Of a stretch of 64,000 nucleotides of DNA, positions 54,401-63,500 are shown one piece after another (the first letter of the stretch is position 1; every line of letters starts with the position of its first letter). Position numbers and translations under genes: made by a program. The stretch spans positions 6,510,001-6,574,000 of the forward strand of contig NC_092674.1 of NCBI RefSeq assembly GCF_964355755.1. Reading direction: 5' to 3'. The notes beneath the pieces were generated by a model, which was not told where the DNA came from, searched no databases, and saw nothing but the letters and a program-made list of their open reading frames with translations. Source of the DNA: Antedon mediterranea (lineage: Eukaryota > Animalia > Echinodermata).

Positions 54401-57400
54401 AATACTGACAATAAACCTCTGAAAGGATTTCTCAAATAAATCTTTAGTGTTATATTTAATTAATACTAAAGAATGTTAAGGCTTGGTCTACACAGAGGAA
54501 TACTCCTGATGATAAAGGAGTTGTCGTCCCAAAAGCTTGGCAATTGCTTCTTAAATGGCTATTTACTTTTTTATGCTTTTGTATCTCAATTGAGATCAAG
54601 TGACCCACAGAATTGTCTTTTTTTTCCCTTAGTAATTTTCCTTTGAATTAAAAAACAATTGATTGTCCTTTTTTCCCTTAGTAATTTACCTTTAATTAAA
54701 AAACAATTGATATAGCAAATGTTTACACAATGTTTATAAGTACCTGCTGGATGGGCTTCTTCTTCCTCTTGGTCCTGGCTCTCTTGCTCCTCCTCACCAG
54801 CATCTGGGCTTGGAGCCTGACTTTCTTCTCCTAGTATCTCTTTTGACCGGTTCATCACACGCTTCATAATTTCTTGAATTTTAAGATCAACTTCTGATTT
54901 CTTTGGCCTTAGATTGTAAAATAAACCACTTGTATTATTCATTGACACTCTCTTTATAAAACTGCTTTTTAGAGTTTTTAGAATTTATTAATCTATGGTT
55001 TCAGTGTTATCAAACATTCCTAGCATGGATATTCTTTTCCAATATTATTTTTCTGGGTTTAAATACCGTCAGAATTTTTTCAAATGACAAGAAAAAAACA
55101 CAATTCCACTATAAAAGAGAGTGATATTTGTCTCCGAGCAGGCAACCCTACTCGCTAATGGCTATCCGAAATATAGATAGAGATATATGATAAAACAGAC
55201 AATTGCTATACTTACTTTCCACCTTCTCTTGCTGCTTTCAATGAAGCAATGATATCGTCCACTGTTCTCTCCACAGGAGCGTTCCCTTCCTCCAAGACTG
55301 GTTTGTGTTTTAAACTCTTCTTCTCTTTCTCTGCTCTTTTTTGCGCTTTCTTGTACAATGGAATGCTGTCTGGGGTAGCAATCTCCTCAGCTTCCGCCAA
55401 TAGCTCGCTGACAGATTTATGAGAGGAAACTGAGATGGCACCTCTTGAGACTGCACTTCTTGAACCTGCAGTGTTCTTGCGGCCACTAGAAGTCATATCT
55501 CTTTGATGTCTTCCGTCACGGCTAACATCAAAGTCAGAGTCATCAGATTCATACATGATTTCACTATCAAAATCATCTTCAATGGTGGCAGAGGATGGAA
55601 TTGTCTTTTTACTCTTTGTTCCTTGACGCCTACTTTTTTTGCTGTCTGTATAAAGAAATGGAAAAAACAAGACAAAAAGAAACAACATAATACCTGACCA
55701 GTTATTTTTTTTTATTGACTGATGGGACAAGGGTCCTGGGTTTAAGTCCTGTCATATTTTTTTTTCTAAAGACAGATTACAACTCCACTCCCAAAGACTT
55801 GTAATAAGACTTTGTTTATTATATTATTGTTTATGTAGAGCACCTTGTGTATGTTTATCTTGTGAACATAATTGCCACCTTTAAGAAGGATAGTGAATTA
55901 ATTCACTTATGGCCATCCTTGGCAATTTGCCTAAATATATTATAAAAAAAAAAAATCTCTAAATCTAGATAGAGAAAAGCTGAGACATTGGAAACAAACT
56001 GCGATTCTTTAATCACTGTCTACAATATCAAACTAGTTTGTGATTTTCACATAAAGTGTTATAGTGTAGACAGCCATTACTACAAAAATAAAACAATAAT
56101 ATACCTCCACTCTTGCGTTTTTGAATGGATACAGCTTTTATGTTTGAAACTGGTACTGGTTTTGATCTCTCACTTAAAGTAAGTTTCATGGTGGTACCAA
56201 CTGACCCAACAATGGCTGGTTTATGGTGCGATGCTAAATCAGTAGTTGGTACCATGTCTTGCGGTACTTCTGTGTGTTCAGGTTGATGTACAATAGATTC
56301 TGTTGTGGGTGGTCTGGTTTCCTCAAGACTATTTTCATTAGCCTATGCAACATAAATAATAATACATTATCATAAAAACGTTAAAAGATTACAAAAAAGT
56401 TAATTCAGAAAAGACCTATTTAATTATAAAAAGGGATAGCGAATTAATTCACTATCCCTTTTTAAAGGTGGCAATCCTGTTCACAAGACAAATATTACAC
56501 AAGATGCTCTACATAAACAAAGTTTTATTACAAATCTTTAAGATTAGAATTTGTCATTAAAAAAAATCCTGACATGACAGGACTTGAACCCAGGAGTGGT
56601 AGCCAAGCATTATAACCACCAAGCCACAATTCCACTCCATTATGTAAATAACATACCATTTTAACTGCATCAATTGTAAGCTCATCTCCTCCTATTGATA
56701 CACCTTGCATCATCACATTAAGAGATCCAATGCCCTGTGTGCTTCTTACTGGCACCACGCCAACTGACTGGACATGCGGCTTACTCATTTCTAAGACAAA
56801 TATTATCAGGAATAAAGCTCTGTCTACGGTAGTTGACAAAAAAAGTGTGATGTGCCCAAATATGGTAGTGATATGATGTCATTGTGTGCATATATGGACA
56901 CATCACATTTTTTTCACAAAAAGTTGTGTATGACAGGACTGAAATGTAGACAGAACATTACACAGTGTAGATTTTGTATCTTATCACTGATATCCAATGG
57001 GTAAATATACATTTCTAAAAGGATTGGTTTATATTACGTTAACGGTTTTAGTGGTGCTTAGCAATTAATTAGCAACTAATTAGTTATACTGCATAATGAA
57101 TGGCATCATAGTTTGTTTATATGCATGTTACTTTAGAAAGAAAGTTTTAAAGGAAACTGAAGCTCAGCAGGCTGAACACTTTTATCAATTTTTCTGAACT
57201 CTGCACATGTCTATAAAACTGTCCTAATCTTTGTAGATGCGTTACTGTATATGTTATTGTTACTTGTCTATTTAGCAAAGCAGAGCATAGTCAATCTTTT
57301 AACAAATTAATTATTCTCACTATTCAACTCAATAACATTCATTATTTGTATATTATATAACACCTATATAAATTCCTGTCATTTGATTGGACGAATGTGG

Positions 57401-60043
57401 GTCACATGGCGTGCAATAGTACGCACTATTCAACGATCGTTAAATAGTACTTTTTGAAACATTTTTGTTTGTTATTTAGATGTTATATAAAACAAATAAT
57501 GGATGTTTTGTATTCGTGTAATGGTACAAATAATGGCACTTGGTGAATGATGAAAGGTTATATCAACTCGGCTTTGCCTCGTTGATATAACCTTTCATCA
57601 TTCACCTCGTGCCATTATTTGTACCATTGCACTCATAAACATTCATTATTTGTATACTAATGAATTATTACCTGTTGTTGCCAGAGTTTGTTTCTTGTTA
57701 TAAGGTCTTTTCTTCGTTGGGCCTGGTGAAACGCATTTAACATCTTTATCAAGAGGGTTATAAGTTGGTACACTCTGGAATACCTACAATGTGTTTATTA
57801 AAGAAGATTAACTATGTTACTTTAAATAAACAAACAGAAGATGTGGATATTAATCCATAGAGATAATATAAGCCGAAGGCGTACTCCTGACTGGAAAGTT
57901 ATTGCAACAGGAGGGGGAACCAACAAGATGGCAGCCGTAAGTCTGTTCAAAAATATTATTTAGTCTATAAAATAATAATCTAATAAATAAAGACCAAACA
58001 TATTTTCTTGTTGAAGCACAGTGAAGTTCTTATAAATTAAGTGTATTGTTAATCGCAATAGAATGAATAATTTCTAGCAATTTTTGTATACAGGATCATA
58101 TAGAATGCGTTCGCGTTCATACGCTCAACACGATGCGTGCGTATATCGAATGTAAAGAATCCTTCTCACCCTGATACACTCATCACAGGCGTAGTATTGC
58201 GTGTCTGCGTAGGGGCATATCTAATGGTTGATTGCATGAAGAATCATTTTTCTAACTGCGATAACATTGGAGTTGACAATCTAGCCTTTAATAGCTATAA
58301 GATCTTTGGCATTATCATTATTCAAAAACTTATCAACAAAACATCTGAAATTTATTTATTTATTTTATTTTTGCGTTCCTTACTTGTCTTTTTTGGGTTC
58401 CTATATTGTCCAACATATCTGGGTGGAACATTGGCTCAGTATTACGGGAAAATGGCATCTCTTTTTTCCCAAAGTCTTCAAGCTCACTAAATGGAAGAGA
58501 AATTAATTGTTTAGAATTGTAAAATTTAAACAAAATAAACCACACAAAGATCAGAATTCATATTGATTATGAATCATAATCAGTGTTGTAACGCAGAGAC
58601 CTGAAGCCTCTGGCTAACAGACCCTAAGTGGCCCTCCAACGCTGGAGGCCTCTGGCATTTTCAGCCTTTTCTACATATTTGAATGCCTGTTTTTTCATCA
58701 TAAGCTCTGGGGCCCCTGAGTTTAGCCAGTGAGCGATCATACCTGTATTTTATCATCATATTTTTAATAAAAATAAAATACAAGATGCACATTTGGCCAT
58801 TAGAAGAGGTCTGGTACTGAACCAGAGTTAAACCAGGATTTTAACCCAAGATTCTATGATTAGTAAGAACTTTTAATAATTTTCCCATACTTAAATAAAG
58901 TATTAATATTATAAATTACAAGCTGGTGTTAATTTAACGATGAAATAACTGAAAAAAAATAATTTTGTTAAAAATAAACAAAATAATAATTATTCAATCA
59001 AAAAATAAACAATCCTTAAAAGAAAATAGATGCTATTGCAATATGTTAGGATTTGTTTTTGTATTAGTATTTAGTAAAGTAAGTCAAAAAGTACATACAC
59101 ATTATGAATCTTGAAGCTATTATGAAAGTAGAGGAAAAAGAACAAACTATAACATATCAATTATGAAAAAAAGGAAAGATACAGACACTTGACTATCAAG
59201 GATTATGTTACTAACTGCATGTTATAAGCATTGGCAGATTATACTATAGAAATTAGCTACAGTTAACTCTCTCAAATATAAGCAGTACATACTGTTAATA
59301 TAGGCTTTGACAGAATATACTATAGAAATTAGCTACAGTTAACTCTCTCAAATATAAGCAGTACATACTGTTAATAGGCTTTGACAGAATATACTATAGA
59401 AATTAGCTACAACTCTCTCAAAACAGGTGTGATATGTCTGGTTTTATTCAGGACCTTTAAAAAGTCCTTGTTTTGAGAGAGTTTCAGTATAATCGTTAAT
59501 TTTATTAAACAAAGTAATGTGGTCGAGTCAAAAAATAAAAGTTTGGATAAATGACGTATCTTCATATTTAAATCTATGAGCTAATACTTTGTAGACTTTT
59601 GATAATTGTCACATTACCCGATTGTGCCATCTTCAATTAGTTCTTTATTTAAACGTTGGTTGTGCACTTTGTTAGCGGATTGCTTCTTCACGTCGTTGAT
59701 TTCTTTCTGTATTTTGAGTAACTCTGCACGACTAATTCCATGACGAAAACTAGTCTGTTTATTGCCTCTGAAAATAGATGATATAAAGATATTATATTTT
59801 TAACACATAATAAAGTCTATTTCAGAACTTTAGCACATATAGAACTGAATTTACTATTTCCTGTAAATTGATACAATTACAGTAGGTTCCAAATTTTTTA
59901 ATTTGTGTTTCAGCATTGTGCTACTAGGCCGATAATAATTATGCATTTGAAAAACAAGAGAGTACGCCATCTATAACCATAAGGAGGTATATCCCTGGAC
60001 AAATAAAAACATTTCCATGTATAACTTACCGATTTGTTGACAT
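412..60043 (-). CDS. TTC6: Tetratricopeptide repeat protein 6 orthologue, multi-exon, 3' end beyond the left window edge
   Basis: Hand-traced coding exons, 5'->3' on minus: 60030-60043 (ATG TCA ACA AAT CG), 59618-59767, 58384-58486, 57672-57783, 56657-56790, 56105-56342, 55216-55645, 54744-54907, 54243-54352, 53741-53926, 53241-~53420, 52581-52757, 51911-52120, 48645-48706, 48150-48353, 47379-47515, [~27-kb gap, phase unresolved], 20132-20300, 17742-17802, 17459-17519, 17264-17291, 17027-17082, 16861-16917, 16454-16531, 16105-16242, 15621-15804, 15168-15352, 14812-14932, 14347-14456, 13765-13962, 13270-13383, 12730-12843, 12173-12266, 11851-11925, 11410-11462, 11009-11228, 9972-10136, 9405-9619, 3800-3992, 2872-2952, 2372-2424, 1756-1890, 1331-1467, 412-674. 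Borders are GT-AG (one GC-AG), and phases agree where checked. The N-terminal half is low-complexity with motifs recalled from TTC6 (FRHGISRAELLKIQKE, LYWMPAPPK, REWARDIWNDWFDEVFPP). The C-terminal half is serial TPRs (e.g. ARLYRGRAYAKQGRFSNAVEDLSAAIHLDP, AYFNRAVCYH). Confidence 0.85.
918..1160. repeat. Degenerate ~129-bp direct duplication in a TTC6 intron
   Basis: ccaacaagga...atttatctt...aggacac..gatccagagagat...acttgccat...gtagaggaatg..gtaagata occurs twice in tandem. Confidence 0.7.
3587..3741. mobile_element. MITE family A (PIF/Harbinger-like, TIR AGCTCTGTCTACACTATCAAAC)
   Basis: ~150-bp element with TIRs ctctgtctacacta...tagtgtagacagag, usually flanked by taa/tta. Further full or partial copies at about 2660-2722, 13440-13622, 14233-14326, 15391-15541, 45496-45630, 47536-47655, 47777-47850, 53108-53227, 56017-56073 and 56816-56953. 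Confidence 0.8.
4630..4977 (-). mobile_element. 5S rRNA-derived SINE (SINE3-type); 5S-like head at 4860-4977
   Basis: Minus strand reads gatacggctttaccacgttgaaacaccagttctcgtcagatcaccgaagttaagcgacgttgggcctggttagagattggatgggagaccatctgggaataacgggtgctgta, a diverged metazoan 5S rRNA. It has no T-run terminator and continues into a ~200-bp unrelated body and an A-rich tail. Confidence 0.8.
5118..5890 (-). mobile_element. 5'-truncated LINE 3' end (Rex1/Babar-like RT C-terminus)
   Basis: Translates to WCKQNFLELNVKKTKE...HKYLGLIIDNKLNWESNT..RTKANKRMYFIYKMKRF..FYSSVVQSIISYCIIVWF with frameshifts, followed by aataaa and a (TCTTGTA)n tail at about 5120-5143. Confidence 0.8.
6539..8269 (+). CDS. TRIM-NHL-like protein lacking RING (B-box, coiled coil, filamin/Ig, NHL beta-propeller), 576 aa, nested antisense in a TTC6 intron
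   Basis: The ATG follows acceptor ttttacag directly, and there is an upstream donor AG|gtaagt at 6399/6400. B-box CQDH..CTTC...CKKC..H; long heptad-rich helix; filamin TTPSG..VEDMGNGEY..EGDW..GSP; NHL blades PKGLTAN, CPNDVTL, HPRAVVTD, TPVGITV. The coding part is intronless. Confidence 0.85.
   Translation: MSSQEVQGTCCQDHLDHTVERFCTTCTKSVCKKCVMSCYKDHHDIIKMNSAIEAFNKRVTEVIRSADDVKQELENTLDFIVKDQSDFDSHVNMIREIIKTHKETIISKVEKESKKLLLDLENVCKQKNDAIDCQVKELELHQMEVQSLKKSSSEMMDQPKQTKTLDDFKSDINAVKQNVKEMNSRYLSCANNLNPNFTFNTDLNDALTKGLGDITSIDSRFIIDKDNRSITVSKGQTFEVKAESLDKSDTCKVAATLTTPSGEKTATVEDMGNGEYRIKVRCDKEGDWKMEITAGVAHFKGSPVIIKVEPLGLVHTIDNINSHKNDKHSVSDVVLDSDGCILVSSFCNELLKYTKSGEFVANIKLAQTTMVGRMHNMGNGHIMYSDVLRKVVVMLNDKFEECAQFGEGILEWPKGLTANNETQVLYVVDSKANCVCKFDIDDGSLLNKIVVEDENDFDCPNDVTLTKKGHLLVTEWSRSRICMINANGTFIKTLVSEGEEDGKVIHPRAVVTDMNENIIISSENKVQLFDKNCVFSKRIENIDGLKTPVGITVISNRPQTIAVADQKTNNVKIFNY
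10434..10902. mobile_element. MITE with ~50-bp TIRs
   Basis: Left tagagaggtttcgcaatcttacgaatacgataacgaaaacggatac pairs with right gtatccgttttcgttatcgtattcgtaaggttgcgaaacctcacta. Confidence 0.8.
12396..12546. mobile_element. Tc1/mariner-like MITE (CAGTAGAA termini, internal ggggacacc motifs)
   Basis: cagtagaatcc...gggttctactg termini with internal caggggacacc/ggtgtcccc repeats. Same motif family as the 18-20 kb satellite. Confidence 0.6.
13135..13213 (-). mobile_element. Degenerate tRNA-derived SINE head
   Basis: Minus strand ggagttgtagcttgatggtttagatgctcggctaccaatcccagggtcctaagtccaaatcctg has A-box and B-box-like motifs. Related copies at about 13675-13746, 36680-36760, 55728-55790 and 56560-56637. 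Confidence 0.55.
16659..16831. mobile_element. Short MITE with TIR CAGTGGCCGTATT
   Basis: cagtggccgtatt...aatacggccactg perfect 13-bp inverted termini. Confidence 0.7.
17985..20096. repeat. Intronic satellite of mixed ~79-bp and ~98-bp units (about two dozen copies)
   Basis: Unit acacatacagtctctattcaggggacacacctatatgaggacaggaatcttgtgaaactaacaagaggttaatgtttta. The long variant duplicates tattcaggggacacc. Confidence 0.95.
21647..28360 (+). CDS. 1889-aa protein of nine tandem TCAF/FAM115 N-terminal-type domains with C-terminal CCMM; nested antisense in TTC6
   Basis: Exons 21647-22258, 22696-23322, 23554-24180, 24345-24956 and 25169-28360 (5670 nt, all phase-0 GT-AG introns). Probable 5'UTR exon ends at 21220 (caag|gtaagg). 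Each ~205-aa unit reads L.G...L....PS.L.....AFPL.....AA....G.GR....GH[ED]...DFP....N...WL...G.L......D..F.D.Y......FV..GGGLLVAG.NW...AN..L..CGI..T...GG, as in the duplicated N-terminal region of TCAF1/2. No HExxH/M60 domain. Confidence 0.85.
29430..29830. repeat. (GAT/GTT)-rich minisatellite, ~39-bp unit
   Basis: gatgatagttgatgatatatgatgataattattgttgtt repeated about 9 times. Confidence 0.9.
30030..30372 (-). mobile_element. tRNA-derived SINE with Deu/Nin-like central domain
   Basis: Minus strand has A-box tggccgagcagttaag and B-box ggttcaag, then aggtccagtgtacac..gtgcactttaaagaacc..ctttcaagacgagcagcgggttacctcggtgt. Near-identical family member at 35650-35925. Confidence 0.7.
30916..35005 (+). 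CDS. Single TCAF-N-type domain protein (210 aa), paralogue 1
   Basis: First coding segment 30916-30930 (MATSK|gtatga, in an exon opened by tttgcag), spliced in phase 0 to 34388-35005 (tctacag|VKSQEFLIKGV...DAFPV..GKGRIVQMAHE..WLAPGICRPK..IGHNW..ANGLLFDCGI). The intron is expanded by a 3.2-kb transposon. Confidence 0.75.
30946..34166. mobile_element. Academ-like DNA transposon, decayed, 3.2 kb
   Basis: Termini TAGTGTAGGC...GCCTACACTA with long imperfect TIRs (ttttttgttaaaagcaaa / tttgcttttaacaaaaaa; repeated aagatggccgcc) and a 3-bp target duplication gta on both sides. Broken coding-like remnants on minus at about 31400-32500. TAG..CTA ends with a 3-4 bp TSD fit Academ. Confidence 0.6.
35650..35925 (-). 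mobile_element. Second Deu/Nin-like tRNA SINE copy
   Basis: Minus strand tggtcgagcggttaagac...ggttcaag...tcggatagagactataaaccttaggtccagtgt..gtgcacttaaaagaatc..gagtaggggttaccctggtgt. Confidence 0.7.
37053..38156 (+). CDS. Single TCAF-N-type domain protein with Gly-rich tail (265 aa), paralogue 2 (type A)
   Basis: Coding segment 37053-37067 (MASEK|gtaaag) plus exon 37374-38156 (tatag|TATSQELLFKGV...WLAPDICRPK...GNDILLDCG), ending in (GGSGGA)n-GN stop. Confidence 0.8.
38450..41487 (+). mobile_element. 5'-truncated CR1-group LINE (L2/Crack-like): partial APE plus RT
   Basis: GGGVALYI, IYRPP, GDFN, PTR, DHFP (endonuclease); YRPISLL, QYGFR, DLSKAFD, GVPQGS, FADDT (RT). One frameshift near 40395. 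(TTGAAC)n tail at 41464-41487. The empty site is visible in the duplicated segment at about 43470. Confidence 0.92.
41957..43106 (+). pseudogene. Chimeric, frameshifted TCAF-N-type paralogue 3 (type-B first exon plus type-A second exon)
   Basis: Coding segment 41957-41971 (MTSKK|gtaaga); deleted type-B remnant at 42150-42245; exon 42322-43106 is nearly identical to 37374-38156 but has a net 4-nt deletion near 42750 that shifts the frame before the GKG/NDIL motifs and the Gly tail. Confidence 0.75.
43924..44725 (+). CDS. Single TCAF-N-type domain protein (~198 aa), paralogue 4 (type B, no tail)
   Basis: Coding segment 43924-43938 (MTSKK|gtaaga) plus exon 44144-44725 (cacag|NQEFIIRG...NAFPL..GKGRVVQMGH..WFAPGICRPK..GCGI). 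Confidence 0.72.
45373..46621 (+). CDS. Single TCAF-N-type domain protein with SSPK-repeat tail (312 aa), paralogue 5 (type B)
   Basis: Coding segment 45373-45387 (MTSTK|gtaaga) plus exon 45698-46621 (tttgtag|KQNQEFITRG...). The domain is closely similar to paralogue 4 and is followed by over 20 (SSPK) tetrapeptides with synonymous codon variation. Confidence 0.8.
46290..46645 (+). repeat. Coding 12-bp tandem repeat (Ser-Ser-Pro-Lys)
   Basis: tcc/tct tca/tct cct/ccc aaa units; variation is concentrated at third codon positions. Confidence 0.9.
48770..51925. repeat. 76-bp minisatellite, about 40 copies, filling a TTC6 intron and overlapping the exon donor
   Basis: Unit acaccaggtcatgtgctttatgctggggtgagaagagagggagagtaattgaagaaacagtagttaatatgacata. 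The core is highly homogeneous, with degenerate copies at 48770-49070. Confidence 0.97.
53538..53723. mobile_element. Tc1/mariner-like MITE (CAGTCAACTCT termini, TA flanks)
   Basis: ta|cagtcaactctcccaatac...gtattggtagagtcgactg|ta. Relatives at about 2468-2570, 47110-47250 and 59405-59488. Confidence 0.75.
57334..57656. mobile_element. Hairpin-containing non-autonomous element, possibly Crypton-type
   Basis: gattgg..ggtcacatg motif, a ~46-bp-arm inverted repeat around tcggctttgcctc, and a 19-bp direct repeat aacattcattatttgtata at both ends. Confidence 0.5.
59243..59422. repeat. Short tandem duplication, ~75-bp unit, about 2.4 copies
   Basis: actatagaaattagctacagttaactctctcaaatataagcagtacatactgttaat..aggctttgacagaatat repeated. 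Confidence 0.85.
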
Positions 60044-60599
60044 TATGTGCTCTTCCAAGATATATAGCCAGTAGAAGAATAACAAAATCAGTCTAGTATT
60101 TTTGTATTGTCATGTCTCCTACAAAAGTATAATCAAATAAATTATAGTTACTCTTTGCTACGTAGTATAGGGCCTATTTAGTATTTATTATGAGAGCCTG
60201 ACTGTAAATCTGAAGAAAAGGTAAACTGTTTGTTACTAAAACAAAAATGCCAGAGACATTGGGTGAGTGAGCACGTACAACTTTTTTGCTCTCGATTTTC
60301 ACCTTTCAAAGAGACATTTATCTTTGTTTTTTCCCGATTGTATCATTATCATCGTAAATAGCATCTAGGACTTATCATGTAAACTTTTAAAGATGATGGT
60401 CAATGCTCTGTCGGTGTAAATAAGCAGTGAGTATTTTACCCCCATGATACCGCATCTATTGCCATTGGCTCGCCGTTGAAAGCACTGCAAGGTTAACTAT
60501 TACTGTGCTAGCCATATGCAAATCAAAATCCTTCAATAAGGTTTCCAAACATCTGCGTCACTTATGCAAATTAGTAAATTTGGCCGAAAATTACCAGCT

Positions 60600-63500
60600 G
60601 TGATTGTGACCTGATATGTAAAACAGTTGTGGTACTGTAAAAAAGCAAGTGTAATCATGGCCCCGAAGTTAGATGTTGATAAGCTGAAGAAAGACTTGCT
60701 TCAGGAGCTGACTACTTCTATTACTGAGACATTAAACAAAGCATTTGATAAGCTGCAGGAGCAAATCAGTAATATTGAAACCAGATTGGACTATTTAGAA
60801 CAATATTCACGTCGTAATAACCTTAGATTCTACGGTTTACAGGACTCGACAAAGTCAACTGATGATTTGGTGGCGGAGGTTATTCGCGACAAAATGGGTA
60901 TCACTTTCAAGTCCGACGATATTGAAGTATCTCATCGAATCGGTCCTATTACTGACAAGCCTAGGCCAATAATTGTTCGGTTCAATTCAATCAGGACCCG
61001 TAACAATGTGTTTGCAGCCAAATCCAAACTGAAGGGTATGCCGGTTTATATCTCGGAAGACCTAACAAAAGCAAATTTCAATCTCTTTTGGAAGGTAAGA
61101 CACCATGATGGAGTTCAACGTGCCTGGACTAACAGATGCAAGATATGGGCCCTGTGTAAAGGTGAAGAAAAACCCAAGCATATCAAGAATGAAAATGATT
61201 TTGAACGACTGATTGCTGAACATTAAGAACGTTTAGACGGTGTCATTAAAAGTACGTTTCTTACCGACGAAATTTGACCATTATTTGTTGATTTTAGATA
61301 GCAAAAACGTGTTCTCTTGTTTTTATTTCAATGTTTACTATGTTCGTTTGGCTAAGTGTTCTCATATGTGCTAGCGTTTTTAAAGTGAGTACTCTACTTA
61401 TTTTTTTTACTGATAATGGATAATTTATTTATCATAAATTTGGGGCGTAATAATGTTCTAATGTGCATGCTTTTAATGTGCGGCGATATACATCCAAATC
61501 CTGGTCCGGAACAGTTTACAGTTTGCCATATTAACATACGTAGTCTAATCGTTCCAGGTAAACTAGCTGAAATTCAACACCTAGCAAATTTAAATAACTA
61601 TGATATTATTGCTTTAACAGAAACATGGCTAGATCAAACTATCTTGAACCATGACATTTTACTAGACGGTTATCAAGAACCTATTAGAAATGATAGAAAC
61701 CGCCATGGCGGCGGATGTGCTTTTTACATATCTAATTCTATACACTTAGTTAATTCCCATATTTGTAATGATCTCTTGTCAGATGTGATAAGGTGTGAAA
61801 TACAAGTTTCAAACTGGACGATTTTGACTTATGTATGTTATAGGCCACCACAAAGTGATGTTCAATTTGATCAGGATCTACTTGACTATTTTCAAAACAG
61901 TACTACAGTAATAACTTTGTTTTGTCTCGACACAGCTTAACTTTAATGATGGGCGATATGAATGCTCAAAATAACAACTGGTACAATGATGGAAACACAA
62001 ATAGATTTGGAAAATCATTTTACAAATTTTTACAACAAAACGGTTTAACTCAACACATCAATATGCCAACACGTTGTATAAAAGACCAACGGTCTTGTAT
62101 TGACCATATAGTTACTAGTCAAAATGTATATATTAATGATTTTGGTGCATTGTGCCCACTTTTAAATTGTGATCACAGTCCAGTATATGCAAATATTGAT
62201 ATTCGTATCACACGGGACAAGCCATACAATCGTAAAATATATCTTTTTGAAAAAACTGATTTTAATTTATATCGTAATGCTCTTAATTCTGTAAATTGGG
62301 AAGAAGTTTATTCATCTTCAAAGGTTGAAGATGTTTGTCATAATTGGATTGACTTATTTAATAATTGTGTTGATAACTATATTATATCTAAAATTATAAC
62401 TGTGCGTCCTAATGACAAGCCTTGGATTAATGCGCATATTAGAACTCTTATTCGCAAAAGAAATCGCGCCCATTCCACTCGAAATAACTCAAATTCGCAT
62501 ATGCAACGTTTTAAGAAAATTGGCGCAAAAGTTGTTAAAGCAATAAGAAAAGCTAAACAAACTTTTTTGGATAAACAATTTGATTTATTAATGAATAAAA
62601 ACTGTGATTCAAAAACTTGGTGGTCTACCATAAATTCAGTTTGTAATTCCAAACAATATTATAAGATTCCTCCAATCAAATTAAACGATGATGTCCTAAC
62701 TTTAAATAGTGAGAAAGTTAAAGCGTTTAACAATTATTTTAAATCTCAATCGTTTATTCCTAATCATGATGATTTTCCTTCGGACTTCACATATATAGAA
62801 CTGCATCGAGACTCTCAACTCTCAAATTATCTGTTGATGAGATCATGAAATTATTAACTATGCTGGATAAAAACAAGGCGATGGGACCTGATGAAATTCA
62901 CAGTATCATACTAATAGAATCTGCTGAAATTATTGCACCCCATTTGACAAAGCTTTATAACTTCTGCATAAGCCAAGGATATTTTCCTGTGGAATAGAAA
63001 AAATCAAATGTCATTCCTCTGCATAAAAAAGGCAATAAATCCCTTATTGAGAACTACCGCCCTATATCCATACTTTCCAACTTTGCAAAAATTTTTGAGC
63101 GTGCAGTTTTTGATATAGTATATAAATACTTTGTGGATAATAAACTTCTTACTCAATTCCAATCTGGTTTTACACCAGGTGACTCGACAACGTATCAACT
63201 TCTTTATCTTATAGATACATTTAATAGAGCTTTAGATTTAAGGAAAGAAGTAATCTCGGTATTTTTGGATATTTCCAAAGCCTTCGATAAAGTTTGGCAT
63301 AATGGGATTATATACAAATTAAATCAATATGGAATTAATGGCACTCTTCTAAAATGGTTCCAAAGTTACTTAAACTCACGTGAGCAACGTGTTATTATTG
63401 AAGGAACTACCAGTCCTTGGGTGACCATTACAGCAGGAGTACCCCAAGGATCTGTTTTGGGTCCATTTTTATTTATTGTATTCATAAATGATATGGTTGA

